NCBI GenBank assembly: GCA_000708835.1
Contig: DF236971.1
Location: 186,001 to 250,000 of the forward strand
DNA length: 64,000 nt
DNA from: Klebsormidium nitens
Taxonomy: Eukaryota; Plantae; Klebsormidiophyceae
Reading direction: 5' to 3'
Shown: positions 25,801-38,366 of the stretch, piece after piece
How the letters are laid out: each line of letters begins with the position of its first letter
How positions within the stretch are numbered: position 1 is the first letter of the stretch
Translations under genes and position numbers: made by a program
Notes under the pieces: model-generated
Told to the model about the DNA's origin: nothing
What the model saw: only the letters and a program-made list of their open reading frames with translations
Databases searched by the model: none

Positions 25801-28095
25801 ATGACACGTGGCGCGCCCTGGAGCTCCTCCAGCAGCGCATACGCGATCTGCGTGTCGAACACGCCGTGCAGCTTGATGCCAAACTGGAAGAAGAGGGCCT
25901 CGCTGTCGCGCTTGCAGTCGTGGATGATCTGCACATTTCAACGGCTGCCAATCGATGGCGGAACGGATGGTCAACAAAGAACGACCTCTTTTGTGACTGA
26001 GCGCCGGTTGCAATTTCAATATTCGCTCACTGGAAGTTCAACGCGTTCGAAAAGAGAGCGAGGGCGATGGGAAAAAGTTGATTCTTTACGGACGAGACGA
26101 AAGAGAAAGACGTGCTGAAAACTTTGAATGGCCAATTGTAGTTGGCTCTTGGCTGGAAAGCAAAGTGGCAGGTTTTTCTCGGGTGGTCTCGTCTATTCAG
26201 GTGGCGCAATGGAGGCAAAGGAAACCGTTTGTTGGCATCGTCGCCGGAGCAAAGAATTCTGAAGGCAAGCACCTCATAGCAACCTGTGACGAAGCAGGCA
26301 GCCTACGTAAAGGGGACGCGACCGATTCAGGAACTACGCAATCCAGAACCACTCCAGTCAATTGGACTTGCCAGACTAGAAATCCAACTCACCTTTTTCG
26401 CACAGGGGACCATGCATGTCACACAAGCCAGCTCTGTCTCGCCTCCTGTAACTGCTATACAATCTGGACCACCCGCACAGGGCACAAAATAGCTAAAAAA
26501 GAGAGGATGCTGAAGCCACAGAGAGCTTAGCATGAAGAAAGCTGAGGTAGAAGTAACCGGACCAGACAAAAACACAAAGCCCTTTCCGGTGACGCACCTT
26601 TGTCACGTAGGGGCTCTCCAGCCCCAGCTTGCAGGCCTTGATGAGCGGGGCGCCCCCCGTCAAAATGTCCACCAAGTAGATTGCGTCTGGAAAGGCCAGC
26701 TGCAAACACGATTGAAAAGATTGAGAGAAGGCCTTGACACTGTGTCCCCCCTACTTGATTAGCACCGCAGTCAGCAGAACAGGCAGCAGTCCAGAAGTCA
26801 CAAGTACAGCACTTCACCCAGTTATTATGGTTGTGGTTGCTTAGTGAAAGTCTGCCATGGCTATCTGGTTACTGCTTGCCAGTTTACTATAAAGGTCAAG
26901 GTTGCCCTGCTTAAATGCTTGTTATACCTTTCAAGCCCAGTGGGCGGACTGAAAGTTGCCGTGTTCCAAACTGGATTTGTACGGCCATGGGCAGACCCCC
27001 TGTTCTGAAAAACTAGACTGCATCAGCACTCTCTCCTCCCGATTGCACTATGGAACAAGGTCAGACAGGCCAACAGCCTGTGGAAGAGGACTACTTGTAT
27101 TTCAGAGCTGACCAAAGCTCACCTGAATGAGTGTCAAGTTTCCTTCTCTGGACAAAGACACCCCCTCACAATCGAAGCCAATTGCCACCTGCCGGTCATG
27201 GCTGGGCTCTAGGAACTCCAGAGGCAGCTGGGAAGGCTCTGTTACGATGTTGACATGCAGATCATCCACCTGCAAAAGATACTGCATGATATTGGGGATC
27301 GTTATCTCTATGCAATCTGGAGATTGTTTTTCAAAAACAGGTTACTGCAGCTTCTTTCTGTTATGTGGCTTTTTGCCCAAGCCTCATCAAAACCGGAGGA
27401 GTCAGGATCCGGGGGATACCGTGGTCCAGCCTGATCCTTGATTGCTATGACGTGGGAATCCCTTCAGTCTTCCTCTCTTCGGCCTGCCTTCTGTCTCATT
27501 TCAACATATGGCACATGTTGTTTCTATTGCATTCAAGGACACTCTGCTCCGAGGAAGGAGAAAATGGATAAGCAATTATCGTCGTAGTGCCCAACACTGT
27601 TCTGTCAGAACACTTTACCCAGACTCTTCAACAGGTTCCACAATTTGTGTGAGATTTTGCGATGCTTTTCTGCACTCTGCCTGGTCAGGGAAGTTGATCG
27701 CAGAATACTCTCGGAACGTTGCCCGTTGCTGTGCGTCCAAACAACAGAAAAGCCAAGCTCCAAACAATCCATGATTCTCTCCCCAACAACTGCCACCAAA
27801 GCCCTATATGGTGTAAATCACAAGTCATCAATTATAACAACTGAGCCCGGACAAATGAAGCGTCGAGCGGTCCCACCTTCTCAGCGGTGCTTGCATTTTC
27901 CATGTCAGCTGGAGTCCTTTCATTTCCACCTTGAGAATCTTCTGTTTGACCTGACTTTCTCGTATCTTCTGTTGCAGCGATCGATGGTGGTAAAAAGTCC
28001 AAGGAAGCATTCAAAGATGGTGCCAGTGCTTCAAGTGGGGGCAAATCTTCCAGCGGGGGGGGCGCTTCTGCTTCATGCCCCATGCTTGCCACCAT
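22830..28095 (-). CDS. 3'-5' exonuclease (EXD1-like) plus KH domain protein, about 411 aa, 8 exons
   Basis: complement(join(22830-22990,23511-23666,24347-24490,24826-24951,25748-25928,26598-26699,27123-27269,27877-28095)). Motifs IGFDCEG, IHDCKRDSEAL, FDTQIAY, FWARRPMT, AAGDVRYL and KH GRVIGRKGEAI...GPPDKIF. Matches the plant exonuclease/KH family (At2g25910-like, from memory). Confidence 0.93.
23630..23822 (-). repeat. Duplicated acceptor plus start of the KH exon, 142 bp period
   Basis: ggccgcttgtcgtacgactcgtg..ctgcacgt present at about 23642 and 23784. Decoy AG at 23809, real AG at 23667. Confidence 0.85.
24916..25122 (-). repeat. Duplicated acceptor plus start of exonuclease exon 5, 155 bp period, decoy AG degraded
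   Basis: tggcgcggacgtcca.tt.ctccttgta.ctccggc at 24916 and 25071. Confidence 0.85.
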
Positions 28096-28289
28096 TTGAT
28101 TGCAGTCTGCAGTAACCAAAGTGGCTTCTCAAAGGCATTGATGCTAAGAAAAGCTATACTGAAAGCCCCGAGCAGCACCGAGGTTCCAAGCTCAATCCTG
28201 CCCTGCAAGATTTGCAAATGCCATCGCTGCAACTTGAAAAATGGATGATGAGATCACGTCTGAAAAGAGTACAATGCTGACACTTCTAT

Positions 28290-29685
28290 ATCACCTTCAG
28301 AGCTGAAGGGTGCCACTCGGTGCAAAAGCTTCAGCTCTGCTCTTCTTCAAGAGCATTGCCCTCCTTCTTCAAGAGCTCATGAGCGCAGTCTTCTGCAGAA
28401 CTTAGAAAGAGGACTTCAGCAGAGTAAAGACATGAATGAGAAGCTTGCTCCAGAGTTGCTCTGAATCTGATCGCTCTGGTGCATGCAATGTGCATGCTTT
28501 ATTTCTAGAACCCCTTGGAATGCCGGAATTAGGTTTCAAGGGTTTGCAATCCGTTACGCCCCGCAGCTTAACCCAAATCATGGCAAATGTACTCGACCAT
28601 CTCGACGGCGAGAACGGCGACCTCTTCTGTGAGTCCACTGGACTGTCCAGAGTGACTTCTGGACGTCCACTGGAAGACGTCTCCTGGGCCTATTCTTCAC
28701 ACTTTTTGAAAAGCATTAGGCTTGCTCAGTTCAACTCTAGTAGTAGTAGCTGACTACATGAATTGTGATACTTAGAGCGTCGCTCATGCAATGATGCAAT
28801 CGTTACTGCGAGATCTATCGTCTGCACGATCATGGATAAAACGTTACAAAAGCCTTGCTTTAGAATGCTAGTCGGGCAAGTGTATCTCGACAAGCCACAC
28901 GTACTGCATGGTGCAGCCGAAAGTATGCTGTCACCTGAGAGGGGCCACAGATCAGGAGGAAAACTACCCTTAATCAAGCTGGTTTACACCTGCAAACTAG
29001 ATGCCCTTCCACCGGCATCTACCAGGCGAAGCTGGTTGGTTAGTTACCCGCTAAATAGTCTTGCTCAGGAGCGATAGAGAATCGCGAAAGCAAAAACGCA
29101 CAAACCGCTGTTCTAGAATTTAAAGCCGTTTCGACTCTTGAAGACCGCCTCCGAGGTGGGTCCGAATCACAGAGCTAATCTAGCAGATTTGCATAAGGCG
29201 AGTGACCGCTTGAAACTCGTTTCAGAAGACTAGGAGCTGGGTCTTGAAGGGATCTGTGGCGATAATCATTGCGGATTGTCATCTCTATCGGCGCAGTTCT
29301 TAGAGATTGTACAATAATTATTTACCTTTTGATCATTCTCCATGCAGCAACTTCGTCTCGCAGCCGTCCTTGATCCGAGAAGGTGGAGGCAACCTGTGCA
29401 CGCGATCTCCCCGCCCATCAACACTTGACGAAGGCCATGAGCCCAGACTTCCATGCCGCACACACGAACGGATTGTGGCCGTTTATCTCGTTTGCAATGA
29501 AGAACATCGTCGAACTCCAAGCCAGCATTCAAACGAAATCGGCTGACATTAAGAGCGCTTACTTTATAGAAGGTTCTAGAAACGTTCATGAAGAGCCGGG
29601 TTGCTGTACAGCTCAACTAAGATACCAGCTCGAGGTGCTGTCATCTTGTGCAATTTTCGAGTCCGCATGCGGGCAAGTATACTAG
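28290..29685 (+). other. Possible degenerate or unannotated + strand gene
   Basis: Protein-like segments such as 28510-28631 (EPLGMPELGFKG...DGENGDLF, flanked by ttctag and gtgagt) and 29383-29685. I could not join them into one open frame or assign a family. Confidence 0.25.
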
Positions 29686-30526
29686 CTACGTAGTTAGCTT
29701 TTGGGTGGTCAAAGCATGACGAAAGATTAATTTTAAGGTTCTGCTCAGTGTTTCGAGATAGAGGAGTGTTTCAACGATAACGGTAAAAAGTGTCTTTGAG
29801 ACCAGATGTAGAGGCTTTGGGTTTCCTTCTTTTATGTACTGGGATAATGATTGAAATTAGGCAGTCTTGCAATGATTAAGCCCGATCCGGTGCCGGATCA
29901 TAGCCCGTGTTAACAAGCTTAAGCTTCAGACGAAGTAGTGACCAACTTGGCAAAGCGATTTCGCTCAAATGTGCGAGTCTTGGCAAATGAATGAGAATAG
30001 TGTTTTCTTACATAGCGTCCCAGTAGTGTATCTTTAGTGCAGCTGGATATTATCATCTTATTAACCATTCTTCGCAGTTTATTACTGCACTGGGTCTGTT
30101 GCACAATGGTGCAAACGTGAACTGTTTCCCGAATGTGAATTGCGTTCTTCGATTCTTCCATCACTACGATGTCAGAAGTGACTACTACCAGAATGAAGCG
30201 TCGACCAACTTTGAGCGAAACTTGCTCCCGCTCACTGCAACTTCACAGCGGCTCTAGTTCACTTGTTCGACGAAATATGAATCAGTTCGGAGGCTCAATA
30301 TGCAGAGTATAGTCGGCACCGAAATGGACTAACGTCGTGATCGTGCAAGTGCCAGACCGTAAATCTGCCACCCTCCCAAGATGCGAAAACTACCAGAGCT
30401 AGAATGCACTCCAGAGGACGCCAAACAGCGACCGAAGCTTTTCTGCTTCAATCTTGCGAACCCAACCGGTTCCTGGCGCCCCGCATTTAAGTAGAACCGC
30501 TTCGGTACGAACAACTTGTTTGCCCC

Positions 30527-33500
30527 TCACAACTCATAGCTGATGGTGTGCAGATCGAAGAAGGCCTCGTTCTGGGCGAAGATGGGATTGTGCGCCCGGC
30601 ACTTTGCAATGACGCTTTCGACGAGGTTCCCCGGGCCACTGGCCAGGACACCGATTCTCTGGCCGGGGTTCTGCTGCGCCACTTTGAACAAGATATCTGC
30701 AAACGACGGGGAAAATGGTCCTGATTCGCGGTGTGGTGAGCAGCGTTCTGAGCGAGTTGGAAGACCGCTCAGTTGGAAGATCCACGTTCTAAAACATTTC
30801 GAGATTGGTCGGCTCTTTGAAGCAGATGGTAAGGTCCTTCAGAGATATGACTGTAGATCTAAAAAAGCTAAGAGTTGATTTTGAAACTGGGATTCGTTGT
30901 AAAGAGCCGGCCTCGACTTGAGAACTGAGCGATTCCTGACAAAGCGCTGATTCGTACTGAACGGCTCTGGTGATTCTCCCGTAACAAACAATCAGCGGAG
31001 AGCGCAACGCTGCAAGAAGTGCCCACTCACGACTCCCTGACGTCGTCACCGAATCTGTGCTAAAAGTGTGTCGACTGAACACGACATTTCCCTTGTCTCG
31101 TGAAACGCAGGGCTGGCATGCAGATCATACATGAGAAGTTTCTTAGTACTGGGCTGTTGTACTGATGAGAATCACATGATGTAGAAAGCGAGGAGGGCAG
31201 AAGAAACGGAGGTATCTGCCCACCTGCGACCACCGGACGCTGTCCGAAGTTGACGTCAGCAGTCTGCAGGAGGTTGTCCTCGCCGTCAGCGGATTCCGCC
31301 AGGATGGAGCTGGTTCCGGCGGACTTCTCGAAGCCCTCCTTGGTCTCGTCCTCAACCTTACGGTCCTCTGCAAACAGAAGAATGTAACACCACAGTTAGC
31401 GACTGCGTGTGCTTTGAGATTCCCCTCCGAAGATGGTCAAGCTTCGACAGAGGCCGATGAGGTACTCTTCTCCAACACAGGAGTTGATCGGCCTCTGGTA
31501 GCGGAATCTCTGATTGGTAAGTCGGTAGTAGGCAATGCAGACAACGATTACTTTCAAAAGAACAAGATTGCCTCGTGACCTGCGGAAATGTTTTCCTACG
31601 CGATATGCTATCCCCCACGATCCATACGGCAGATTGAAGCCTGTGGCGGCAGCTTCCAACCGAAGTTCAACTAGGTAAAGGAATTCGTTCAAAGGAATTG
31701 CCCACTAAAAAGCCCGTCGGAAAGAATAGGGATTCATGAAACAAGTTAGATATGGAATGGCTCGACACCGCGTGGTTTCCGCAGCGGATAGATATTACTG
31801 CAGATCGATTCCTCCCGGTCCTTCCTTCAGAGAAGGACACCCTAAGCCAGGACGCTGACGCTTCCAAAGAAAGAAATCAACCTGCAGCAAAAGCCTGAGA
31901 CTGAGCCACTTGAATTTTTCCGCAACTCACCAGCCTTAGCTGCCGCCGCGAACCGGCGGTCCAGCAGATAGATGGCCAGCATGGAGAGGCCGCCGAAAAA
32001 GGCGACCCCTAGTATCTCGGCGCAGAGGATGATGGTCGCCCTGATCCACCACTTCATGCCGGTCTTGTTGGCGTGGGGCTTTTTCGAGTAGACGAAGAGG
32101 TGGTAGAAGGCGCCGATGAGAACGGTTGTGCCCACGAATGTAGTCAGGAGAACTAGAGAGAGGCGCCAGCCCGTGATCTGAAGGAACGGTAACGGAGTCA
32201 GAAAGTCTGCCAAGCACCAGTGTTGGAGAAAACCTTGTAAAACATTCCTGCTTCGGAAGGAGATTCCAGATCAGGCAAAGCATGCCAACGGAGAGAACTG
32301 GGTTGCTTTTCTGTTTGGGTTGCGTGCTGCATATCCAATCGATCGAGGATGGAAGGCAGAGGATGTCAGTGGAATATCCTTTAAAAGGTGACGACAGAGA
32401 GGTTCCCCCGCTAGGTCATACCATAGCGCAGGTTACCTGTTAACGCTGTCTTTTACGGTTTGACAGGACGAATGGATCCGGTAAACTGCTTCTGTCCTGG
32501 TGAGACTTCAGAGCGGACCCAAGAAGGACTTCGCATAAATGCAGAAACCTGTGGGCTACAGTTTTGGGGAAAGCTTGGGTTTGTGAGCGTTCAAGTCGAG
32601 GTCGTCCGAATCAGGTTCGACAATCAATCAGTGCAACTCAGAGTCTGGGCCGAAGACCTGTTTCTAGACTCGAGCAGATTGTGCGTTACAGCGCGCGCGC
32701 ACCTGCGGGAGCATCGGCTGGACGCTGTCGTGCTCCACGGCGCCCTCCATGATGTCAATGCGCGGCTGTCCCATGGCGCTGACGTCAGTCTTCTTCCCCC
32801 GGGTGACGTAAGCGTGGACGATGATTTCGACCTTGGAGGCAAACTCGGGGCATAGCAGCGCGGGACTCAGCTCCGCCAGAGGTGCCAGCTGGCTGTAGTC
32901 GCGAACCGCCCAGTAGAGATAGATCTGTGGACCCGCGAAAATGCATCATGTGAGTCGCCCTTGCGTTAGAAAGCACGTCAGAGCGCTTCCACGTTTTGAA
33001 ATCTGCAGATTTGGTGGCGGGATTGTCTAGTTCGCGACTGGTTTGAATGCAAAGTAAACTCAATGATATAAAAGGAAGAGATGACGGGCCGCATTTCCAC
33101 GTTCCACGAGTCGTTACAGAGAAAGTAGCATGGTTGCCAAATGCAAATCCGTAGATTGAAAGAGTACCTTTCTGCGTCCATCCCATTTTCGGTGTCTAGC
33201 TACCCAGAGACTCAAACCGCTCTGTGATTACGAGACAGATTTCGAAGGCTTCTTGGTGTTTGACGCAGCCGTGGGCTGGAAAGATGACGCAGCAATGGAT
33301 TCTCACCTTCGAGGGAAGGCCGACTTCCGTTCCGCTGTGGTGAGAGTGCAGAATGTCGCGCAGGACAGCGTGGAGCGGAACAATGCCAGACCCGCCGGAG
33401 ATCATGAGAAGGGTCGGATACCTGCACAACATTACAGACTTGCATTCGATTCTATTCAAAAACTTTGCTTTTGAATGAAAAGAAACGCTCCTTTACATCC

Positions 33501-36500
33501 TCAAGTCTACAAGTTTGTCGTTCCCAGACCTTTGTCTGAAGACTTCCTGTCGTACCTCAGTGAATATGAGTGCAACCAACTAGTTTCACCGGACAGGTCA
33601 CGAACGCCCACCTCTTGAACGAGTCACTCTCTTCTCCGTAGAAGCCGTCCGTCTTGATCAGCTTCGCGAGCGGGCACTTGGACGCGCCCCCGGGCGCCAC
33701 GTGGCCGACCTTCGCCGCCACGCGGTCCGTCCAAGAGCGCCCGAGGTTTTGGGGTTTGATGTGGAAGACGAAAGAGCGCGCGCTGTCGCGCGGGCCGGAG
33801 AAGAGACTGAACGGGTGCCACTGGAACCGGGAGACGCCCGGGAGGTTCACAAAGATGAACTGGAGAGGATGGAACGCGTGGCGGGGGTGCTTGGCCACCT
33901 CGACCTGCAGAAGAAAGTGACCGGTCAAGCAAGACCGTAACGGCTCTTTTAACTGCTTCGGGAATGCTGACTGCTGGTTCACGGAGATGAACTGAAGCGG
34001 GTGGAAGGCGTGGCGCGGGTGTTTGGCGACCTCGACCTGCAGAGGAAAGTGACCGGTTAGGCAAGACCGGAACGAATCTTAAAAACTGTTTTCGGAATGT
34101 TAACTGCTGATTTACGAAGATGAACTGGAGCGTGTGGAAGGTGTGGCGCGGGTGTTTGGCGACCTCGACCTGCAGAGGAGAGTGAGAGGTAAGGAGAGAG
34201 GAAGGTGACCGGAAGATGACCGGAAAGGGACCGGAACGGCTCTGCTGACGGCTTCGTGACCACGCTTCACACTTTGACTGCTGGGTCGTGAAAGGAGCAG
34301 AGGTGCGTCCTTCTGTGATAAGGAAACTTGGGCGAGACTTTTTGTGGCTAAGATACAGGGGAAAACTTTCGAACTCAGCGCATTGGTTTTCGAGATTGTT
34401 TGAGGTAGCCCCTGGGGCGATCTGCTAGCAGCCAACTGCTCGTTTATGCAGAATGAGGTGACAAACCTCCCGAGTTGGACCCATCCATAACCGGTGAGTT
34501 GCATTCGAGCACTACAACGACAAACTGAGTTCTGCAATTCCAAACCCTTTTGCGAAGGAGCAGATCTTCGTAGCCAGATCACTCACCGACGTAGACACAT
34601 TGAGCAACCGCGGGGGCGCATTCTCACCTGGATGCTCCCGTCGGGCATGGTCTTGGTGGCCAGCACCCGGGCGTAGCTCCACGACTGGAACACCCTCTGC
34701 ATCCGGTCGAAGAAGAACAGGAAGACGCCCGGAAGAGTGAACACCAGCCCGTGCTTTTCGCCCACGTGCCAGAAGACCATGAGAAGGAACACGATGTACA
34801 GTTGGTGCACGTTGAAGAAGACCTCGAACCAGCGGCGCCTGACGTAGCCCAGTGACGTCACCCCGATGAGGAGGCCGACGGCGGTCGCGAAGTAGCCGGG
34901 CAGGTTCGCGACGTCGTAGCCGCGCCAGTCCCGCGACTGCGGGTTAAGCGCAAAAGTGGGGTTAGTGACACAACTTATGAAGGCTGCCGACGTCAGCAGA
35001 CTTCGTGTGCATCTTCTGCAGGCCAAGGGTTTCAATTGTCTCCCGAGAGGTGTTGAAGGAGTCCAGGAAAAACAGAGCATTATTTGATTGTAGCAGCTCT
35101 CTGGGCGGTGTATAAATAGGCAGTGATCTCGGTTTGGGATGTCGCTTGAGACCGGCTGCCGCCTAGCCGCAAGCGGCGGCGGCCATAAGGCAAAGAAAGC
35201 TTCAAGCGTTTCTGACAGGATCAACCAGGCGCACAGACTAAGATCTTCGAGTAACGGAATGAGCAGAACGTCAGACTGCGGCGAAGGACTGAGGCCGCTT
35301 TTTGTAGAGGCAACGGAAAGGTACGGAAGCAGGATATTAGTGGAGCTCACCTTCTGATCAAAATTCTACAGAACACACGAACAAGAGGAATGCGCGCGCG
35401 CCCATCAGCTCACCTTCTGATTGAACATCCCCATCTTGTACCAGTAGGACATATAGCCGACGGTGTGCGCGAGCGTGGCCACAAACCCTCCATAGACCCA
35501 AGAGTACGAAAAGTAATACGCGCGCGCACAGCAGCTCACCTTCTGATTGAAGATCCCCATCTTGTACCAGTACGACATGTAGCCGACGGTGTGCGCGAGC
35601 GTGGCCACGAGCATCCAGAAGGCGAACCAGCGGTGGTACCGCACCGCGCGCTCGAAGGGCATCTTGATGAGGCGCAGCAGCGGCGAGTCGCGCGCGACGG
35701 GGAAGAACAAAAAGTTGACCAGCATGAAGGCGGTCCAGCCAAACAGCTCCGACATCTTGGACCACTCCGTCTGCCACCTGTAGGAGGTTAAAATTCAAGG
35801 TTAGTATTTGGGTTTGTGGGTTTTTTTGGTTATGAGATTTTCTGAGCAGAACACAGGTTTAACACTGACCAGCATGAAGGCGGTCCAGCCGAACAGCTCC
35901 GACATCTTGGACCACTCGGTCTGCCACCTGTAGGGGGGTAAACGTCAGGGTTAGCATTTGAGTTTGTGGGTTCGTTCGGTTTGTCGTTCTTTGGCACAAG
36001 GGCGGCGAAAGGCAAGGATAAGGTTGAGTAAATCAGCATGAAGGCCAGTCAGCTAGCGCGCGGCAAAGGACCAGTCGACCTGCCAACCGCTGAAGTAAGA
36101 TTAGATCCAAGATTATGTTCCCTTTTGGATTAAAAGATGGGGTTTGAAAGTTTGTTGACCAGCATAGATTTGGCGGTACTCCAGCCGGGATCGTAGATGG
36201 CATTCCGTGCAGAGAATCCAGATTTCAGCAAGTGATCCAAATGAGGGGAAAGGCGGGTAACCTCTCAAAACGTACTACTCACAGAACCGTTATGTCCGAG
36301 GGCCAAGACGACAGACTTTCTTTCCAAGTAAAGGTTTCCTGTTTTCCATAGAAGCACGAGCATGGTGCGCGAACTTGGAGTCCGTTTGAAAAGGCACTGA
36401 AAGGAATCACTGTAGGGTCAACTGGTCCTTCTCGATTAATTTAGAAACTTTCTGGCAAGTCATCATGCTACTTACTCCATGTAAAGACGAGATCGAGAGA

Positions 36501-38366
36501 CTTACGCGGGCGGTGGCGGCTTCTTCGGTTTGACGGTGGGCACCCTGTGGATCTGCTCGAGCCTCTTGCAGTACGGGACCACGAACTGCCAGATCAGGAA
36601 CGCCGCAACGTACGTCCACCAGAACAGCTCCCATACGCGGATGTCCTTATACACGGGGAAGGACCAGATGCGATACGCGATGCTCGGGGGCTTGGCCCTG
36701 TAACAATAGCACCAATTGCTCAGTCACGGAAGCCTCTCCATCTTACAAGCTTGCAAGAAACACGTCTAGAGAATGAACAGGCTCGATTCTTGGACTGCGT
36801 CAGAACCCCAGCTTGAGTGGTGTCAGAAAGATTCATGACGAGATAGCCCACTGTGTGTCCAGCAAAGCGAAAGAGATCTCGACCGGGATTAAAAGACAGC
36901 GGTAATCATCAGACTAAAAACTTTCCCTGAGCAAAAGGACTCGAGCAGCAAATGCACGGAATGGATGAAACCCCAAAGACGTTAAAGACGAGAGGGTTCT
37001 CGGACAGTACACACTCATTGAGAGCCTCCCAGCAGCGAGTAATCTTCGGACCAGACTCTCGGCCTCTAAACGAAAGGTATAGCGTAAGCGATGCAGGGAA
37101 GATTGAAACGCCAAGAGAGCTTTGAACCTTGGTTTCTCCTCCTAGTGAACGATAAGGAAACCTTGCTTAGATTAAGGGGGTTTCCGGACACTACTCACTC
37201 CCTGAGAGCGTCCTTGCTCGTCCGAGGAGGATTGGGCAGGCTCAGATACAGTGGTGCAAGGATGGCAATGAGAACGATGGGGACGAAGTACAGAATGTAG
37301 TACACATCTGCAAAGCAGAGAGAACGGAAAATGAGTCTCATGTTTGTAATCTGCTGTGGAGAGTTGTAGTCCGGAAGCAGAAACTGATTGCAAACAGAAC
37401 CAGATAGCTTATGCGAGGGGAAGTAATAAGGTTTTCAAGGAAGAAAAAGGACTTCCGAACAAGGCGGAGGGGATATAGCGGGTCTTCTGAGAAGCTTCCT
37501 AAACCAAACAACCAGTTCGAGACGAATTTTTTGCAGAGCTCAGTGAACCCGTCCTCAACAGGTATCTACATAACGCAGTGATGGATAAGCTGAGTCATGT
37601 AGGACAAATGTTCTGCAGTCTGCACGTACACTTCTGAAGTATTCAAGTAGCCTACCTTCTTTAGGCGAACTGCAATGCACTTCACATAATGGCAATCTTA
37701 CTGCCCCGCAGCTTTACGAAAGTGAGACGACCAAGAAGGTATTTCGTTGTCAAGTAAAGTTCACAGGGGCAGAGGCAAGCTTCCAATCATTACAAAAGAA
37801 CTTCTTTCAATCAAAAACTTTGAAATTGAGGGATCAACAGAAGAGTGAGGAGAAAGAGAGTGAGGTTTGACCAAGTTAGAGTCCAGAGCAGCCTGTAAGC
37901 CTGTACTATCTGCCCTTGATCGCCCAAGAAGAGGTACTCTCGCATCAGAGTTGAGCTCACCATGAAACCACCGAAAGTCAACAGAGACCGACTTGGCTTT
38001 TCCACCTCTTTCAAACCTCTTACCGGTTCCAAAAGAGCTTTATGTTGGTGTTTTCATCTGTGCTGGAGTAGAAAAAGAGCACCCTGTGAAGTTTATGTTT
38101 CGCATCAGATCATCCAAGCACAGACACTTTGCACCAGTACTGTTGAGCTCACCGTAACCATTGAAGTGCCCAGAATTGAGAGCCGTCTTCCACTGCTTCC
38201 CCACCAAGTTTGCGCCGAACCAGACGGTCGAGTCCGCCCACCAGAAGAAGTTCCACGCCAGGAAAAGGCCCCACATCACAGCCAGCAACAGCCACCGCAG
38301 CGCAAGGACCCCCATCCCGGAAGCTGCCTGCGCCGCCGGGGAGGCGCCAAGCTGAGCCTCCTTCAT
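30527..38366 (-). CDS. FRO: Ferric chelate reductase / NADPH-oxidase-family flavocytochrome (FRO), 750 aa, 11 exons
   Basis: complement(join(30527-30696,31224-31367,31931-32177,32703-32924,33307-33421,33612-33904,34628-34936,35540-35777,36506-36697,37199-37307,38153-38366)), 2253 nt in frame. Heme His in YHRW, LAHT, NVHQ and FWHV; FAD-binding WHPFS; NADPH-binding GGSGIVP; YWAVRD; FGQRP. Confidence 0.95.
33846..34180 (-). repeat. Three tandem copies (132-133 bp period) of FRO exon 6 acceptor plus first about 60 nt
   Basis: ctgcag|GTCGAGGT(G/C)GCCAA(G/A)CACCC.CGCCAC... with AG at 33905 (real), 34037 and 34170. Confidence 0.92.
35343..35612 (-). repeat. Tandem duplication of FRO exon 4 3' end plus donor (126 bp period) and a third remnant
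   Basis: ...TTCAATCAGAAG|gtgagc at exon ends 35540 and 35414. Remnant gagctcaccttctgatc at about 35343. Confidence 0.9.
35716..36190 (-). repeat. Duplications of FRO exon 4 acceptor plus exon start: one near-perfect copy (150 bp period) and two decayed copies
   Basis: gaccagcatgaaggcggtccagcc.aacagctccgacatcttggaccactc.gtctgccacctgtagg at 35716 and 35866. Decayed traces near 36034 and 36154. Confidence 0.88.
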
